Assembly (NCBI GenBank): GCA_038886535.1
Contig: JAVZXS010000001.1
Coordinates: 32,001 to 96,000 of the forward strand
Reading direction: 5' to 3'
Source of the DNA: Candidatus Micrarchaeia archaeon
GTDB lineage: Archaea; Micrarchaeota; Micrarchaeia; CABMEP01
Length of the DNA: 64,000 nucleotides
Translations under genes and position numbers: made by a program
The notes under the pieces: model-generated
What the model was told of the DNA's origin: nothing
The model's input: only the letters and a program-made list of their open reading frames with translations
Database searches by the model: none
Part shown: positions 1 to 10,768 of the stretch, piece by piece
Position numbering within the stretch: the stretch's first letter is position 1
Layout: every line of letters begins with the position of its first letter

Positions 1-1
1 A

Positions 2-169
2 GAATACAAAGGAAAGTCACCAGATGAAATGTTCAAAATAGTAGAGAAAAAAATAACATCTAATGTAAAGAAAGTATTAATTTTATCCAGAAAAGAAGGG
101 ATAAAACCTCGAGATGCAGCAATGAAGATTGCTTTGCAAAGAATTGAGAAAAAAATGAAGAGACAATAA
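2..169 (+). CDS. 3' end of a probable Glu/Leu/Phe/Val (glutamate) dehydrogenase, truncated by the window edge
   Basis: Manual translation EYKGKSPDEMFKIVEKKITSNVKKVLILSRKEGIKPRDAAMKIALQRIEKKMKRQ* resembles the C-terminal helices of amino-acid dehydrogenases (R.AA..IA..R). Confidence 0.65.
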   Translation, partial: EYKGKSPDEMFKIVEKKITSNVKKVLILSRKEGIKPRDAAMKIALQRIEKKMKRQ

Positions 170-171
170 AA

Positions 172-258
172 TGCAGGGGGTGGGATTTGAACCCACGAAG
201 CGCCTACGCGCATAGGGTCCTAAGCCCTACCCTTTAGACCAAGCTCGGGCACCCCTGC
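172..258 (-). tRNA. tRNA-Leu(TAG)
   Basis: Reverse complement GCAGGGG...GTAGGGC-T-TAG-GA-CCCTAT, long variable arm, GTGGG-TTCAAAT-CCCAC T-arm, CCCCTGC-A acceptor; CCA not encoded. Confidence 0.95.
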
Positions 259-320
259 ATGTCTGTAATATTTTTGTGCTTAGGTCACTAATGTTATAAC
301 TATATCAGTTAAGAAAAAAT

Positions 321-1043
321 CTATCTATACATTGGAGATTGTATCTGTTCGTATGTTTTCTTGGCTTCTTTACTGTCTTTTATCAATTTCTTTAGTTTTT
401 CTTCTATCTCTTCTCCTTCTTTCTTTAGTTTTTCTGTATCTATTTTTATATGTAGCAATTCACTTAGCTTGTCAAGGACCTTAGCTGCCCCTATTAAGTT
501 GATGTTCATACCTCTGCTGGATGTAAGGATTGCGGCAGCAGGGAATTTTCTCACATATGCATTTGCCAATATCAAACCAGTAACACCAGTTGTTACTCCT
601 TCTTTGACTATAGTCACACCAGCATCTTTCAGATCATTTTTAAGACCTTCTGTAGATGCAATCCCGAATACCTCATCCTTCGAAGCATCTATCCCAACGC
701 CACCTAGTGATATAATCGCACTGAGTTTTTTATCCTCTCCCCACAAGACAATCTCATTCGCAACTGAACTTACTGCAGAGATAGGTATTACAAACTCTGA
801 AAATAAAACAAGAGCATTGTATTTTTTAGATTGATATATCCTTGCAGCAGGCAATGGTTCTTCATTATGAATAGTACATAATGGCGGAAAAGCTTCTGAA
901 TCTAGGTATCCAACTAGTTCCATATCCCATTCCTTAACCAAATGCATTGCTGCAATAGTTCCAATCATCCCAACTCCTGGGAACCCTTCTATCAATATTG
1001 GATTTTTTAGCTTTATCGGAGCAACTTCTACAATCTTTGTCAT
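321..1043 (-). CDS. PAC2-family proteasome assembly chaperone-like protein
   Basis: EGFPGVGMIGTIAA N-terminal motif, IISLGG, G..TG..G.IL and C-terminal MYR (HbYX-like) tail. Confidence 0.85.
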   Translation of the reverse strand: MTKIVEVAPIKLKNPILIEGFPGVGMIGTIAAMHLVKEWDMELVGYLDSEAFPPLCTIHNEEPLPAARIYQSKKYNALVLFSEFVIPISAVSSVANEIVLWGEDKKLSAIISLGGVGIDASKDEVFGIASTEGLKNDLKDAGVTIVKEGVTTGVTGLILANAYVRKFPAAAILTSSRGMNINLIGAAKVLDKLSELLHIKIDTEKLKKEGEEIEEKLKKLIKDSKEAKKTYEQIQSPMYR

Positions 1044-1131
1044 ACCTATATATTGCTGGTTGGTTTTTTAAAATCTTTGATGTTTGCTTAGAGTTGATCT
1101 AGATGATTTTGACTTGGGATAATTTAAGAAG

Positions 1132-2037
1132 CTAGAATACAATCTCCGCAGAATCCTTTCCCACCACAACTGTATGCTCAAACTGTGCAACCTTGCTTTT
1201 GCTCACTTCCCTTAGAACAGGATAGGCCATTAAAGAACCATTTCTAATAAGTTCCATCAATGCGATTTTTTCAGCCTGCGTATTTGCATAATGTCTTTCA
1301 GCAAATGGCATTGTTTTTCTCTCCATAACAATCCTTTCCATCATTTTTCTAGCTTGTCTATTTCTAGTAGCCTCAAAACTATGTGCGCTGAATATTTCAC
1401 ATCTATCCATTTCACTTACATGCCCTGCTGCATTGCCATAGGTTACGAAAGGCTCTATTGCGATTATATCTCCTTCATTCAATATAGTTCCTTTCTTTGT
1501 TTCAAAATTAGGTATTATTGGATCACAATGAATTATATATCTATCAAGACCATGACCAGTCAAATTATCTATAGGTTTTAGTCCTTTTTTCTTCAAAGTA
1601 TTTTCAATTTCTTTTCCTATTTCTGATGTTGATATTCCAGCCTTTATTTTTGATACTGCATTCTCTAATGCTTCTTTTGTGGCATCAATAATCTTTCCAT
1701 GTTCTCCACTTAGGTCTATTGTGATTGAGCCATCTGCAATGAAGCCCTCTTTGTGAACCCCGATATCTATCTTTACTAAATCATCCTTTGCAAATACCCT
1801 ATCATCATTTACAGATGCAGTATCGTGCGCTGTTATTTCGTTTATCGAAATATTTACTGGAAAAGCATATCCTCCACCCATTTCCTCCATTTTCTTTTCA
1901 AGCGATTCGCATAGCTTTAGTATTGAATCACCTTCTTTTATTTTAATAGAATCTCTTATTTTTCCTGCAATCTTTCCAGCCTCAATAGTATATTTTATCT
2001 TTTCTTCCTCACTATACTCCTCATAAAAGTCATCCAT
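1132..2037 (-). CDS. map: methionine aminopeptidase, type II
   Basis: AFPVNISINE..AH, KIDIGVH.EG.IAD, NLTGHGL, AIEPF and AQFEHT motifs. Confidence 0.97.
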   Translation of the reverse strand: MDDFYEEYSEEEKIKYTIEAGKIAGKIRDSIKIKEGDSILKLCESLEKKMEEMGGGYAFPVNISINEITAHDTASVNDDRVFAKDDLVKIDIGVHKEGFIADGSITIDLSGEHGKIIDATKEALENAVSKIKAGISTSEIGKEIENTLKKKGLKPIDNLTGHGLDRYIIHCDPIIPNFETKKGTILNEGDIIAIEPFVTYGNAAGHVSEMDRCEIFSAHSFEATRNRQARKMMERIVMERKTMPFAERHYANTQAEKIALMELIRNGSLMAYPVLREVSKSKVAQFEHTVVVGKDSAEIVF

Positions 2038-2053
2038 TTATTCACCTTTTAAA

Positions 2054-4423
2054 TTACATCCAATCTGAAAGAGAAGATTGTTTCCCTTCAAATATTATAT
2101 CTTCTTCACTGTAACCCAACTCACCAATTATTTTCATTACAGCAGGAAGTACTTGGTGATGAATGTAATATTCAGCATCATAATCATCAGCAAATTCAGC
2201 TATTTCTGCCTTTTCAGATATACTATTTCCTTTTTTAGTTATTATATATCCTACAATGGATCCAGGTCTTATTTCAATTCCCCTCTTTCTTGCCTTTTCA
2301 ACAGCTGAAATTTCTGGAGAAAGAACTTCATATTCTTCTTTTCTAAGTTGTGTATAAATAATCAAATCATCCTTTGACACTTTACCTTTATTTAGTTTTT
2401 CAATAACTTCCTTCACTATTGAGAGAGCCTTCTCCTTGCTGCCATCTATCAATATTGCCTCCAAAACCTTTCTCTGTGTTTCTCTTGCTATCTTAGACCA
2501 ATCTCTCCTTACAAGCTCAAATCCTCTTATCTTGATTTTGCCATCTTCTGTAACTAACGCATATTTCTTTTTTGCCCCTGTTTCTTTCTCTTGTTTTTTA
2601 GATACAAAAACCCCTCTTTTATAGATATTTTCTAATTCTAACTCCATAGTTTCAGGGAGCGTTTTGTTTATTTCTTCCATAAAATTGATAGCATCTTTTT
2701 CTGTCTTATTCTCAAGGAGAAGGAATATGCTGTCTGTGTCGCTATAAAGAACCTTAAATCCCTTTTCTTCAGCCCTTCTTCCTACTTCTTGAATGTAATT
2801 TCTTCCAAATGCAGTTATTGATTCCGCGCATTCTCTTGAATACCACCTTGATTTTGGATAGTTAAGCATTCCATATACAGTATTCAATACGATTTTTAGA
2901 GCAGCCACTCTAGCATTGAGCATGCTTACCTCCTTTTCATTTCCAGATTTCTGTGCTTCTTTAAGTTCTTTCTTTATTTTCTTTCTAAGCTCTAAAAGAT
3001 GAAGTATAGCAGAAGGAACCAAACCCTTTTCCTTTTCACAGAAGTAAAATCCATTTGGAGCCTTATTTCTTCCGTTCTTGCATTCTTCATGACCACAGTT
3101 AATAGTATATGGATCAATGTTGTGGGAAGTTATTATGGAAGGATACAGACTTCTGAAATCAAATACAGCGATTCTTTCATATATTCCTGGAGACGGAAGT
3201 TTTACATAAGCCCCTTGTATAGGCTTTGAAAAATCTTGAGCCCAGCTTGGCTTTTGAGGTATAATATATCCTCTTTTATAGCTTTCATCCATAAGCAATG
3301 ATTCCACCATCTGTCCTGTTGTAGAACCACTTATATTTGGAAGAGTTATTTTTGTTAGTCTAGCTAATTCTACTTCCAAAGGATAAAGTTTCTTGAAAAT
3401 CTCATGCGCTGCCTTTGCATCTTTTATTGCATATTCTAATAATTCCGTTCTTTTATTTTCATCATCCCACATTTTGTATATAGAAAACATGTCAACTTTC
3501 CAATCGTCTCCACCAACTAGCTCTTTGTAAACCTCTTCAAGAGTATGTCGCTCAAGCTTGATGGCCTGGGCAGCAGCAAGAATTCTTACTAGATAATAAA
3601 TATCAGAATGTACTCTACCTTCAAGTTTAGTGTGTGTTGTCATTCCAATTCTTTTTATCTTAGGTTCACTTCTTCCCCTACCTAGACCCAATTTTATACC
3701 AAGTTCTTTAGCTCTAGCTTGAAGATAAGGAATGTCAAAAACAGAGGAATTGTATCCTGCAAGAATATCAATATCTTTCTCTTCAATTAAATCACAGAAT
3801 TTTTCAATCATCTCTCTTTCATCTTTCACAATCAAAACATTTTCAGTTTTTCCATTTTTCCAAGTGATAGCCTCAGCTGTTTTGTCATTAGCATAGCTTA
3901 TGATTAGTGTTGGATCTTCATCTTCTCTAGGTATTCCATGTGGATTATATACTTCTATATCAAAGGTTAGAGAATTCAATGAATTGACATCCATTATATT
4001 TCCAATATCTTTTATACTTTTTACATATTTACCTTCGTATTCTATTTCCACTGTATTCATAGGTTTTAGATCTTTATCGATCAAGTATCTCTTATTAAAT
4101 TTGATATCTTTTTCATAAACCTTTCCTATTTCACTAAATATTTTAGCAAGAATCGGTATTTCTTTAGGGTCATTACAGGTTATTTTTTTTAATATTCTTT
4201 CCTCTCTTCCTATTCGCTTTTTTACCTCTTTAACATCTATTATTTCTATTCCATTATAAATTCCTTTTTTAATTTCTTGTTCAGTTTCTATGTAAAAATA
4301 AGGATAGAAATCTTTATCATAGAGTCTAAACATCTTTTTTCTTTTTAAAATTAATCTTATCATGCTTCTGTTATTTTTAGTTACAACATCAACATCAATG
4401 AGTATCGCTCTTATTTTACTCAT
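2054..4423 (-). CDS. polB: family B DNA polymerase (PolB3-type), intein-free
   Basis: Exo motifs FDIE, YNSSVFDIPYL and YAIKDA; polymerase motifs DFRSLYPS, KIVLNTVYG, YSDTDS, KKKY and RRDWS; C-terminal PIP box QSSLSDWM. Confidence 0.97.
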   Translation of the reverse strand: MSKIRAILIDVDVVTKNNRSMIRLILKRKKMFRLYDKDFYPYFYIETEQEIKKGIYNGIEIIDVKEVKKRIGREERILKKITCNDPKEIPILAKIFSEIGKVYEKDIKFNKRYLIDKDLKPMNTVEIEYEGKYVKSIKDIGNIMDVNSLNSLTFDIEVYNPHGIPREDEDPTLIISYANDKTAEAITWKNGKTENVLIVKDEREMIEKFCDLIEEKDIDILAGYNSSVFDIPYLQARAKELGIKLGLGRGRSEPKIKRIGMTTHTKLEGRVHSDIYYLVRILAAAQAIKLERHTLEEVYKELVGGDDWKVDMFSIYKMWDDENKRTELLEYAIKDAKAAHEIFKKLYPLEVELARLTKITLPNISGSTTGQMVESLLMDESYKRGYIIPQKPSWAQDFSKPIQGAYVKLPSPGIYERIAVFDFRSLYPSIITSHNIDPYTINCGHEECKNGRNKAPNGFYFCEKEKGLVPSAILHLLELRKKIKKELKEAQKSGNEKEVSMLNARVAALKIVLNTVYGMLNYPKSRWYSRECAESITAFGRNYIQEVGRRAEEKGFKVLYSDTDSIFLLLENKTEKDAINFMEEINKTLPETMELELENIYKRGVFVSKKQEKETGAKKKYALVTEDGKIKIRGFELVRRDWSKIARETQRKVLEAILIDGSKEKALSIVKEVIEKLNKGKVSKDDLIIYTQLRKEEYEVLSPEISAVEKARKRGIEIRPGSIVGYIITKKGNSISEKAEIAEFADDYDAEYYIHHQVLPAVMKIIGELGYSEEDIIFEGKQSSLSDWM

Positions 4424-4471
4424 ATCACTACCTAAACTAAGAAAGGAAGAAGAAAATTAAGAATTAAGTTG

Positions 4472-4975
4472 TTATTTCTTTCTTTTTATAGCTGCAATAT
4501 CTCCTAAAGAGAATTGTTCAATTACTGCTTCTCTTATTCTCTTTCTTGATGCCATTCTTTTTTCTTCTTTAAGTGCATCTATTTCTTCATTTATATTATC
4601 GATTTCCTTTTTAATTTTTTCTCTCTCATTTTTCAGTTGAGAAATCTTACCTTCCATCTCTTTCAGAATTCCCATCTTCTGTTTGAGTTCTCTTATTTTT
4701 TTCAGACGTGTCTCTAAATTATGTATCTTCTTAGCTAATTCCTTCTCCACCTTTAGTGGGAGGTTTTTAGCTGTCGAGATCTTAAAGTCTAGCTGGTTAA
4801 TCTGCTTGATTATTCTTTTTTCTTCATCCGCAGAACCCAAACCGCTTGTTTTTCTGATTTTTTCTATTTCATTAGCTAGAGTTCTGATCTCTTCGCTAAG
4901 CTTTTTAACATTTTCAAGTTTTGACTTTTTTTCTGCTTCAAGTTCCTGTATTTGTTGAGTAATAGTGTCGCTCAT
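4472..4975 (-). CDS. coiled-coil hypothetical protein (resembles the archaeal COG1340-like family)
   Basis: Heptad-rich; I.QLDFKIST..LPL..EKEL..KI segment. Confidence 0.55.
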   Translation of the reverse strand: MSDTITQQIQELEAEKKSKLENVKKLSEEIRTLANEIEKIRKTSGLGSADEEKRIIKQINQLDFKISTAKNLPLKVEKELAKKIHNLETRLKKIRELKQKMGILKEMEGKISQLKNEREKIKKEIDNINEEIDALKEEKRMASRKRIREAVIEQFSLGDIAAIKRKK

Positions 4976-5101
4976 CTATAAAATATGTCTAATTACATTT
5001 ATAAAGATTTTTTTATCTTGCATTATCTTTTTAAATCTTTTTTGCTCGTTTTTTATCTTTAAAAGTATTCTTTTTTATAGATTGCTAAATAAATATTCTT
5101 T

Positions 5102-7750
5102 ATGACAGAAGCGTATCATCTACTTTCAGTTAATCAAACATTAAATACTTTGAACACATCTAAAGAAGGACTGACTTCATCTGAAGCAAAAGCAAGACTT
5201 TCAAAATATGGATACAATGAAATACAAGAAAAAAGAAAAAAAACAGACATTGAAATTTTTATAGATCAATTCAAAAGCTTCCTTATTATAATTCTTATAG
5301 TAGCAGTAATACTCTCTTTTGCATTTGGAGAGTATATAGATGGAATTTTGATATTGTTAATAATCTTTCTTAATGCATTTTTAGGTTTTGTCCAAACAAA
5401 GAAAGCAGAAGAAGCAATAGCTGCCTTGAAAAAGCTTACAGTGCCTGTTGTTAAAGTATTGAGAGATAAAGAGGTAAAGAACATATCTTCAAGGGAACTT
5501 GTTCCTGGAGATATTGTGATTTTGGATACAGGAGATAAAGTACCTGCTGATTGTAGAATCATAAGTCAAATAAACCTGAAAGTAGACGAATCGGTGCTTA
5601 CTGGTGAATCTATCCCAGTTTCAAAATCTTCAGAACAAATAAAATCTCCTCAACCGATTCAAAATCAATCCAATATGCTGTTCATGGGGACGTCTATAGT
5701 ATATGGAAGATGCGAAGCAGTTGTAGTTTCAACAGGAATGAATACTGAGTTTGGAAAGATAGCACTTTCTATACAACAAGGAGAGGAAATCACTCCATTA
5801 CAAAGAAAATTGGATGAGTTTGGAAAGTTTATAGGTAAGGTTTTTCTTTTTATTTGTTTCACAGTCTTTATTTTGGGTTTGATAAATGGAATCGAATTTA
5901 TAACAATCGCAATAACTGCGATTTCTCTGGCTGTTGCAGCAGTTCCTGAAGGATTACTTGCATCTATAACGATAGCATTATCTTTAGGAGTAGCTACGAT
6001 GGCAAAACATAAGGCAATAGTAAGAAAATTAACTGCAGTTGAGGGATTGGGAAGTGTTACAGTTATATGTACAGATAAGACAGGAACCTTAACTGTAAAT
6101 GAAATGACAGTAAAGAGAATATGGAATATTGACAAAGAGTATAATGTTACAGGTGAGGGATATAAAAAAGAAGGAAAAATTTTGATCAATGACAAGGAGA
6201 TAGATAAACTTCCAGAGGAATTAAAATTAACACTGAAATCAGGTCTTTACTGCAACAACTCATTTATAAACGGCGAGCCAGTCGGTGATCCAACTGAAAT
6301 AGCATTGCTTTTATCTGCATACAAAGCAGGATTAGAAGATGATAGGTCAGAAAAAAATAGATTAGATGAAATCCAATTCGACTCAGAAAGAAAAATGATG
6401 TCTGTACTATATAAGTATGATAAGTCAAAGAATATAATATGGACAAAAGGTGCAACTGAAAAAGTGCTTGAAAGATGCGCATATGTAATGAAAGAAGGAA
6501 AAATAGTAAAGTTAACAAATCAGCATAAGAAAGCAATATTAAATAAAGAAAAAGAATATGCATCATTAAGCTTCAGAGTTTTAGCATTTGCAATGAAGAT
6601 TACATCTTCTAATAAGATAGTTGAAGACAAACTAGTCTTTTTAGGTCTTCAGGCTATGATAGATCCACCAAGACCAGAGGTTAAGAATGCAATAGCAACT
6701 TGTAAGAAAGCAGGAATAGATGTAATAATGATAACAGGTGACCATAAAGAGACTGCTATTGCGATAGGAAAAGAATTAGGTATAATGGATAATGGGCTTG
6801 CAATTACTGGTGCAGAGTTGGATAAGATAAGCGATTCAGAATTGAAGAAATTGATGCCAAATATAAAAATATTTGCAAGGGCATCTCCAGAGCATAAAGT
6901 TAGAATAACTAAGATACTCAAAGAAAATGGAGAAATAGTAGCAATGACTGGAGATGGAATAAACGATGCTCCAGCTTTGAAGGCTGCGGATGTTGGAGTA
7001 GCAATGGGTCAGACTGGAACTGATGTAACTAGAGAGGTTGCTGATCTTGTGATTTCAGATGACAACTTTGCAACTATTGTTAATGCTGTGGAACAAGGAA
7101 GAGGAATTTACGAAAACATAAGAAAGACGATAGCATTTCTACTTTCAGGGAATATAGCCGAAGTTTTCATAATATTTCTAGCAATACTTATAGGTCTTCC
7201 TCTACCTTTGGTTGCAATACAGATATTATGGATAAATCTGGTAACAGATGGTCTGCCAGCATTAGCTCTTTCTGTCGATCCAATCTCTAAGGAGGTCATG
7301 AATAGAAAACCAAGGTCTCCAAAAGAAGATATAACTAGTGGTTTGGAAATATATCTGATTCACTATCCTATAATATTGACATTCTTTTCACTTGTATCAT
7401 TTATTTATGTTTTAGAATCATCAAATGACTTGGTAAAAGCACAGACTATAGTATTCACATTAGTTGTATTTTTTGAGATGTTTCAATCTTTTGCATGCAG
7501 GTCTTTAGAAAAACCAGTAGGAAAAGAGATTCTTAAAAACAGATATTTATTACTGGCTGCTGTAGCAGCACTTGTTCTTCAAATGTCAATTTTATATTTT
7601 GAACCTATGCAAATGTTATTCGGTACAAAATCACTTACTGCTTTGGAATTAGTTGCGATAGTATCGGTGTCTTTAGTTGGATTCCTATATATCGAATTAA
7701 CCAAATCTTTGAAGAGTAAGGAAGTTCAAAGGCAATTAAATAAATCTTAA
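5102..7750 (+). CDS. P-type (P2) cation-transporting ATPase, likely Ca2+
   Basis: TGES, PEGL, DKTGTLT phosphorylation site, KGA, MITGD, TGDGINDAPAL and LWINLVTDG motifs. Confidence 0.96.
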   Translation: MTEAYHLLSVNQTLNTLNTSKEGLTSSEAKARLSKYGYNEIQEKRKKTDIEIFIDQFKSFLIIILIVAVILSFAFGEYIDGILILLIIFLNAFLGFVQTKKAEEAIAALKKLTVPVVKVLRDKEVKNISSRELVPGDIVILDTGDKVPADCRIISQINLKVDESVLTGESIPVSKSSEQIKSPQPIQNQSNMLFMGTSIVYGRCEAVVVSTGMNTEFGKIALSIQQGEEITPLQRKLDEFGKFIGKVFLFICFTVFILGLINGIEFITIAITAISLAVAAVPEGLLASITIALSLGVATMAKHKAIVRKLTAVEGLGSVTVICTDKTGTLTVNEMTVKRIWNIDKEYNVTGEGYKKEGKILINDKEIDKLPEELKLTLKSGLYCNNSFINGEPVGDPTEIALLLSAYKAGLEDDRSEKNRLDEIQFDSERKMMSVLYKYDKSKNIIWTKGATEKVLERCAYVMKEGKIVKLTNQHKKAILNKEKEYASLSFRVLAFAMKITSSNKIVEDKLVFLGLQAMIDPPRPEVKNAIATCKKAGIDVIMITGDHKETAIAIGKELGIMDNGLAITGAELDKISDSELKKLMPNIKIFARASPEHKVRITKILKENGEIVAMTGDGINDAPALKAADVGVAMGQTGTDVTREVADLVISDDNFATIVNAVEQGRGIYENIRKTIAFLLSGNIAEVFIIFLAILIGLPLPLVAIQILWINLVTDGLPALALSVDPISKEVMNRKPRSPKEDITSGLEIYLIHYPIILTFFSLVSFIYVLESSNDLVKAQTIVFTLVVFFEMFQSFACRSLEKPVGKEILKNRYLLLAAVAALVLQMSILYFEPMQMLFGTKSLTALELVAIVSVSLVGFLYIELTKSLKSKEVQRQLNKS

Positions 7751-7755
7751 ATCAA

Positions 7756-9063
7756 TTAGAAACCGAATCCTTTTCCTTTAAATAGCTTTTGTAGGTTTCT
7801 TTGCATACTTTTATTCTTCTGTAACTGTTCATACATCTTTTTCATCTTGCCAAATTGAGTTATAAATTCCTTTACAACAGAAGCAGGCACACCTGAACCT
7901 TTAGAAATTCTTTCTATTCTTGAAGGACTTTTTCTAACTAGATCTGGATTCTTTCTTTCAGCCTTAGTCATCGAATCTATGATTGATTCGTATTGGTTCA
8001 TTTTTTGCTCTCCCTGTTCAAGAACTTCTTTAGGTATATTAACCATTCCCATCATCTCAAACAGACCTTTCAGAGGACCCATATTTCTTGCAGCCTTTAA
8101 TTGTTTGTAGAAAGTTTCAATAGTGAATTCTTCAGGCATCTCTTCCATTCCTTCAGGCACTGCAGCTTTAACTTTTTCAATCAAAGCCTCGAAGTCAGGC
8201 ACACCTAAAAGTCTTCCCACAAATTTAGATGGATTGAATTCTTCTATGTCTCCTATCTTTTCTCCCACACCTATGAATATAACTTTCACGCCTGCAGTTG
8301 CACATGCTGTAAGTGCACCACCGCCCTTTCCGCTTCCATCCATCTTAGTTATTATAACTCCAGTTAGTCCAACTGCATTATTGAATTCTTCAGCCTGCTT
8401 CTTTGCAACCTGTCCTATGTCAGCAGATATTACAAGTATTCTCTCATCAGGCTTTGCAACTTCATTTATCTCTCTTAATTCGGCTATTAGTTCGTCATCA
8501 AGCGCATCTCTCCCAGAGGTGTCTATGATTATAACATCGTTCCTTAATTTTTCTAGGCCTTCTTTAACAACATCCTTAGCTTTGACACCTTCCCCTTTTC
8601 TTCCATAAAAGTTGCAGCCTACTTGCTTTGAAAGCTGTTCAAGCTGTTCATATGCTGCAGGCCTCATCATGTCAGCCGCAATCACACCTACGCTCATTCC
8701 TCTCTGTTTCAAATAATAAGCAACCTTTCCTACCTGCGTAGTCTTTCCCGACCCGAACAATCCACACATCATTATCTTTTGAGGTTTTAGCTCGAGCTTC
8801 CTTCCCTCTCCCATGATCTTAGTGAGTTCTTCATATACAATTGCATGGATGTGTTCGCTCATGCTTCTTCCAGCAGGAGGTTTTTCATGAAGAGAACGAT
8901 TTTCTATCTGCTTTGAAAGCTTGTACACTAACTCTATATTCACATCTGATAGTATAAGCGCTCTTTGTATCTCTTTTATCATTGATTTGACAGCACTTTC
9001 ATCTATTATTGCTTTTCCAGTTATTTTCGCAAGTGCTTTTCTTATTCCTTCTCCAATGTTCAT
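7756..9063 (-). CDS. srp54: signal recognition particle 54 kDa protein
   Basis: GLFGSGKTT, DTSGR, TKMDGSGKGGGAL and M-domain IIDSMT..ER...SRIERISKGSG. Confidence 0.97.
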   Translation of the reverse strand: MNIGEGIRKALAKITGKAIIDESAVKSMIKEIQRALILSDVNIELVYKLSKQIENRSLHEKPPAGRSMSEHIHAIVYEELTKIMGEGRKLELKPQKIMMCGLFGSGKTTQVGKVAYYLKQRGMSVGVIAADMMRPAAYEQLEQLSKQVGCNFYGRKGEGVKAKDVVKEGLEKLRNDVIIIDTSGRDALDDELIAELREINEVAKPDERILVISADIGQVAKKQAEEFNNAVGLTGVIITKMDGSGKGGGALTACATAGVKVIFIGVGEKIGDIEEFNPSKFVGRLLGVPDFEALIEKVKAAVPEGMEEMPEEFTIETFYKQLKAARNMGPLKGLFEMMGMVNIPKEVLEQGEQKMNQYESIIDSMTKAERKNPDLVRKSPSRIERISKGSGVPASVVKEFITQFGKMKKMYEQLQKNKSMQRNLQKLFKGKGFGF

Positions 9064-9085
9064 CTTATCACTATCTATTAATCAT

Positions 9086-10231
9086 TTATGGTTGTACCCA
9101 TTCTATTTCATAGTATTCATACTTGCTTTTAGGCAAGTTTATTCTTTTAACTCTGTAATATGTAACAGAAGTTTCCCTATCTACTATTCCAAGCATGACA
9201 TCTAATCCAATCTCCTTTGCTTCTTCTATTGCAGATGCGAGTTCATTCCCTCCAATCATCTCATCCTCACTAAGAGATACAAGTGCAAAGGAGGGACTGT
9301 CCTTTTCAGGTGTTTCAATATTGTTGTTTTTTCTATGATATAATAAGAAGCTTATCATTCCTTTTTCTAATTTTGTTTTCTTTCCAGGTATTGCAAGTAT
9401 GAAGGTTTTTCTTACCCCATGCGCAACCCTTATTGCTCTTGCCCATTCAGCAATTATCATTCTTTTTTCTCTTGGAAATACATGAAGAACATGTTTTGAA
9501 TGAGTCCAATCTTTTCCTTTTCCTGGCAATGCGCCAGGGAAATATATCCTGAAATGTGTTCCGAACTTGAAGCCAGTCTTCACTACAAATCCATTCATTC
9601 TCCAGTCTTCATAGACATTATACATTGATTCGAAATCGTTTTCTTCCTTCAATATTTTTTCCAATTCCTTTTCAGTCAAGTTAATCAGTTTCAGCCCACA
9701 ATTCTTAACAAGAAAATATGTCTCAAACTTATCTAACTTTAGGAACTTTCCTCTTCCTTCTGCCTTGTATGAACCATATTGTCCGATCCAATAATTATTA
9801 TAAAGCTCCTTTCCAATCTCTTCATTTTCCAATATTGCCATTTTATCGTCTTTGAAGAATATTGCTTCAGCCTGGATTTTTGGGAATTTTGTTTCTTTAC
9901 TTGGATATTTTACAGTGGGATTTTTTTCATATTTGCCATCTTTCTTGTATTTTTTAATTATCAGTCCTCTTTCTCTCCAATCACGGAATGTCATGTATTC
10001 TGCAAACATCTTTTCCTTATTGAATCTCTCTGCTATTTGCGAGAAGGTGATTTCCTTTCCATTTTCTATGCAAACAGCATTTCTCACTTCTATTAGATAC
10101 ATTGCTTCCTCAGGAGTTATAACTATCTCTCCCTTGCCTTTTTCACCGTAGTAAGATCTTCTCAGTGCTTCATAGTCTTCAGGATTTTTCACTTTAAGCT
10201 TTCCATCTTCAAGGAAAATAGTTATTGGCAT
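9086..10231 (-). CDS. endA: tRNA splicing endonuclease, three-unit (epsilon2-type) architecture
   Basis: Central catalytic unit KTGFKFGTHFRIY...HSKH...RVAHGVRK flanked by an N-terminal partial unit (EEAMYL...DWRERG) and a C-terminal unit ending EWVQP; 381 aa. Confidence 0.92.
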   Translation of the reverse strand: MPITIFLEDGKLKVKNPEDYEALRRSYYGEKGKGEIVITPEEAMYLIEVRNAVCIENGKEITFSQIAERFNKEKMFAEYMTFRDWRERGLIIKKYKKDGKYEKNPTVKYPSKETKFPKIQAEAIFFKDDKMAILENEEIGKELYNNYWIGQYGSYKAEGRGKFLKLDKFETYFLVKNCGLKLINLTEKELEKILKEENDFESMYNVYEDWRMNGFVVKTGFKFGTHFRIYFPGALPGKGKDWTHSKHVLHVFPREKRMIIAEWARAIRVAHGVRKTFILAIPGKKTKLEKGMISFLLYHRKNNNIETPEKDSPSFALVSLSEDEMIGGNELASAIEEAKEIGLDVMLGIVDRETSVTYYRVKRINLPKSKYEYYEIEWVQP

Positions 10232-10283
10232 ATGGTAATTATATCAAGTTAGGTTTAAATAAGATTCTTTTAATAATTTATTT

Positions 10284-10757
10284 ATGGTTGAAAATAAGGA
10301 AAAAATAAGGAAAGGAATAAGTGCCATAGTTTTCAGACTGAAAGATAAAGAGCCAGAATTCCTTATTCTTCATAGAATTAAAAGATGGAATGGCTGGGAA
10401 ATGTTGAAAGGAGGAAGAATTGGAAGAGAAAAACCGATGCATAATCTAATGAGAGAATTAAAAGAAGAAATTCATGCAGATCAGAAGAAATTAGGGACAA
10501 TAATTCCATTACCATTTAAGCTTAAATTTAAGACACCCAAAGATTATGTTAAAAAATATAGATACACAGGAATGGAATTTCAATCCTTTTTGGTTGAATA
10601 TAATGGACCTGTATCTATAAAAGGAAATGCTGTTCTTGAGCATGATGAATATAGATGGGTAAGCTATAAGGAAGCATTAAGACTTCTTACTCATGATACA
10701 AATAAGAACCTACTTAAAAAAGCATATAAAATACTTAAAGAGAAAATAAAACCATAA
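10284..10757 (+). CDS. NUDIX hydrolase
   Basis: KGG...E......RELKEE Nudix box; EHDEYRW. Confidence 0.9.
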   Translation: MVENKEKIRKGISAIVFRLKDKEPEFLILHRIKRWNGWEMLKGGRIGREKPMHNLMRELKEEIHADQKKLGTIIPLPFKLKFKTPKDYVKKYRYTGMEFQSFLVEYNGPVSIKGNAVLEHDEYRWVSYKEALRLLTHDTNKNLLKKAYKILKEKIKP

Positions 10758-10768
10758 TTCTATAACTG

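Noticed and set aside
2054..4423. Inactivated or intein-containing PolB
   Set aside because: All catalytic motifs are present and the length is normal
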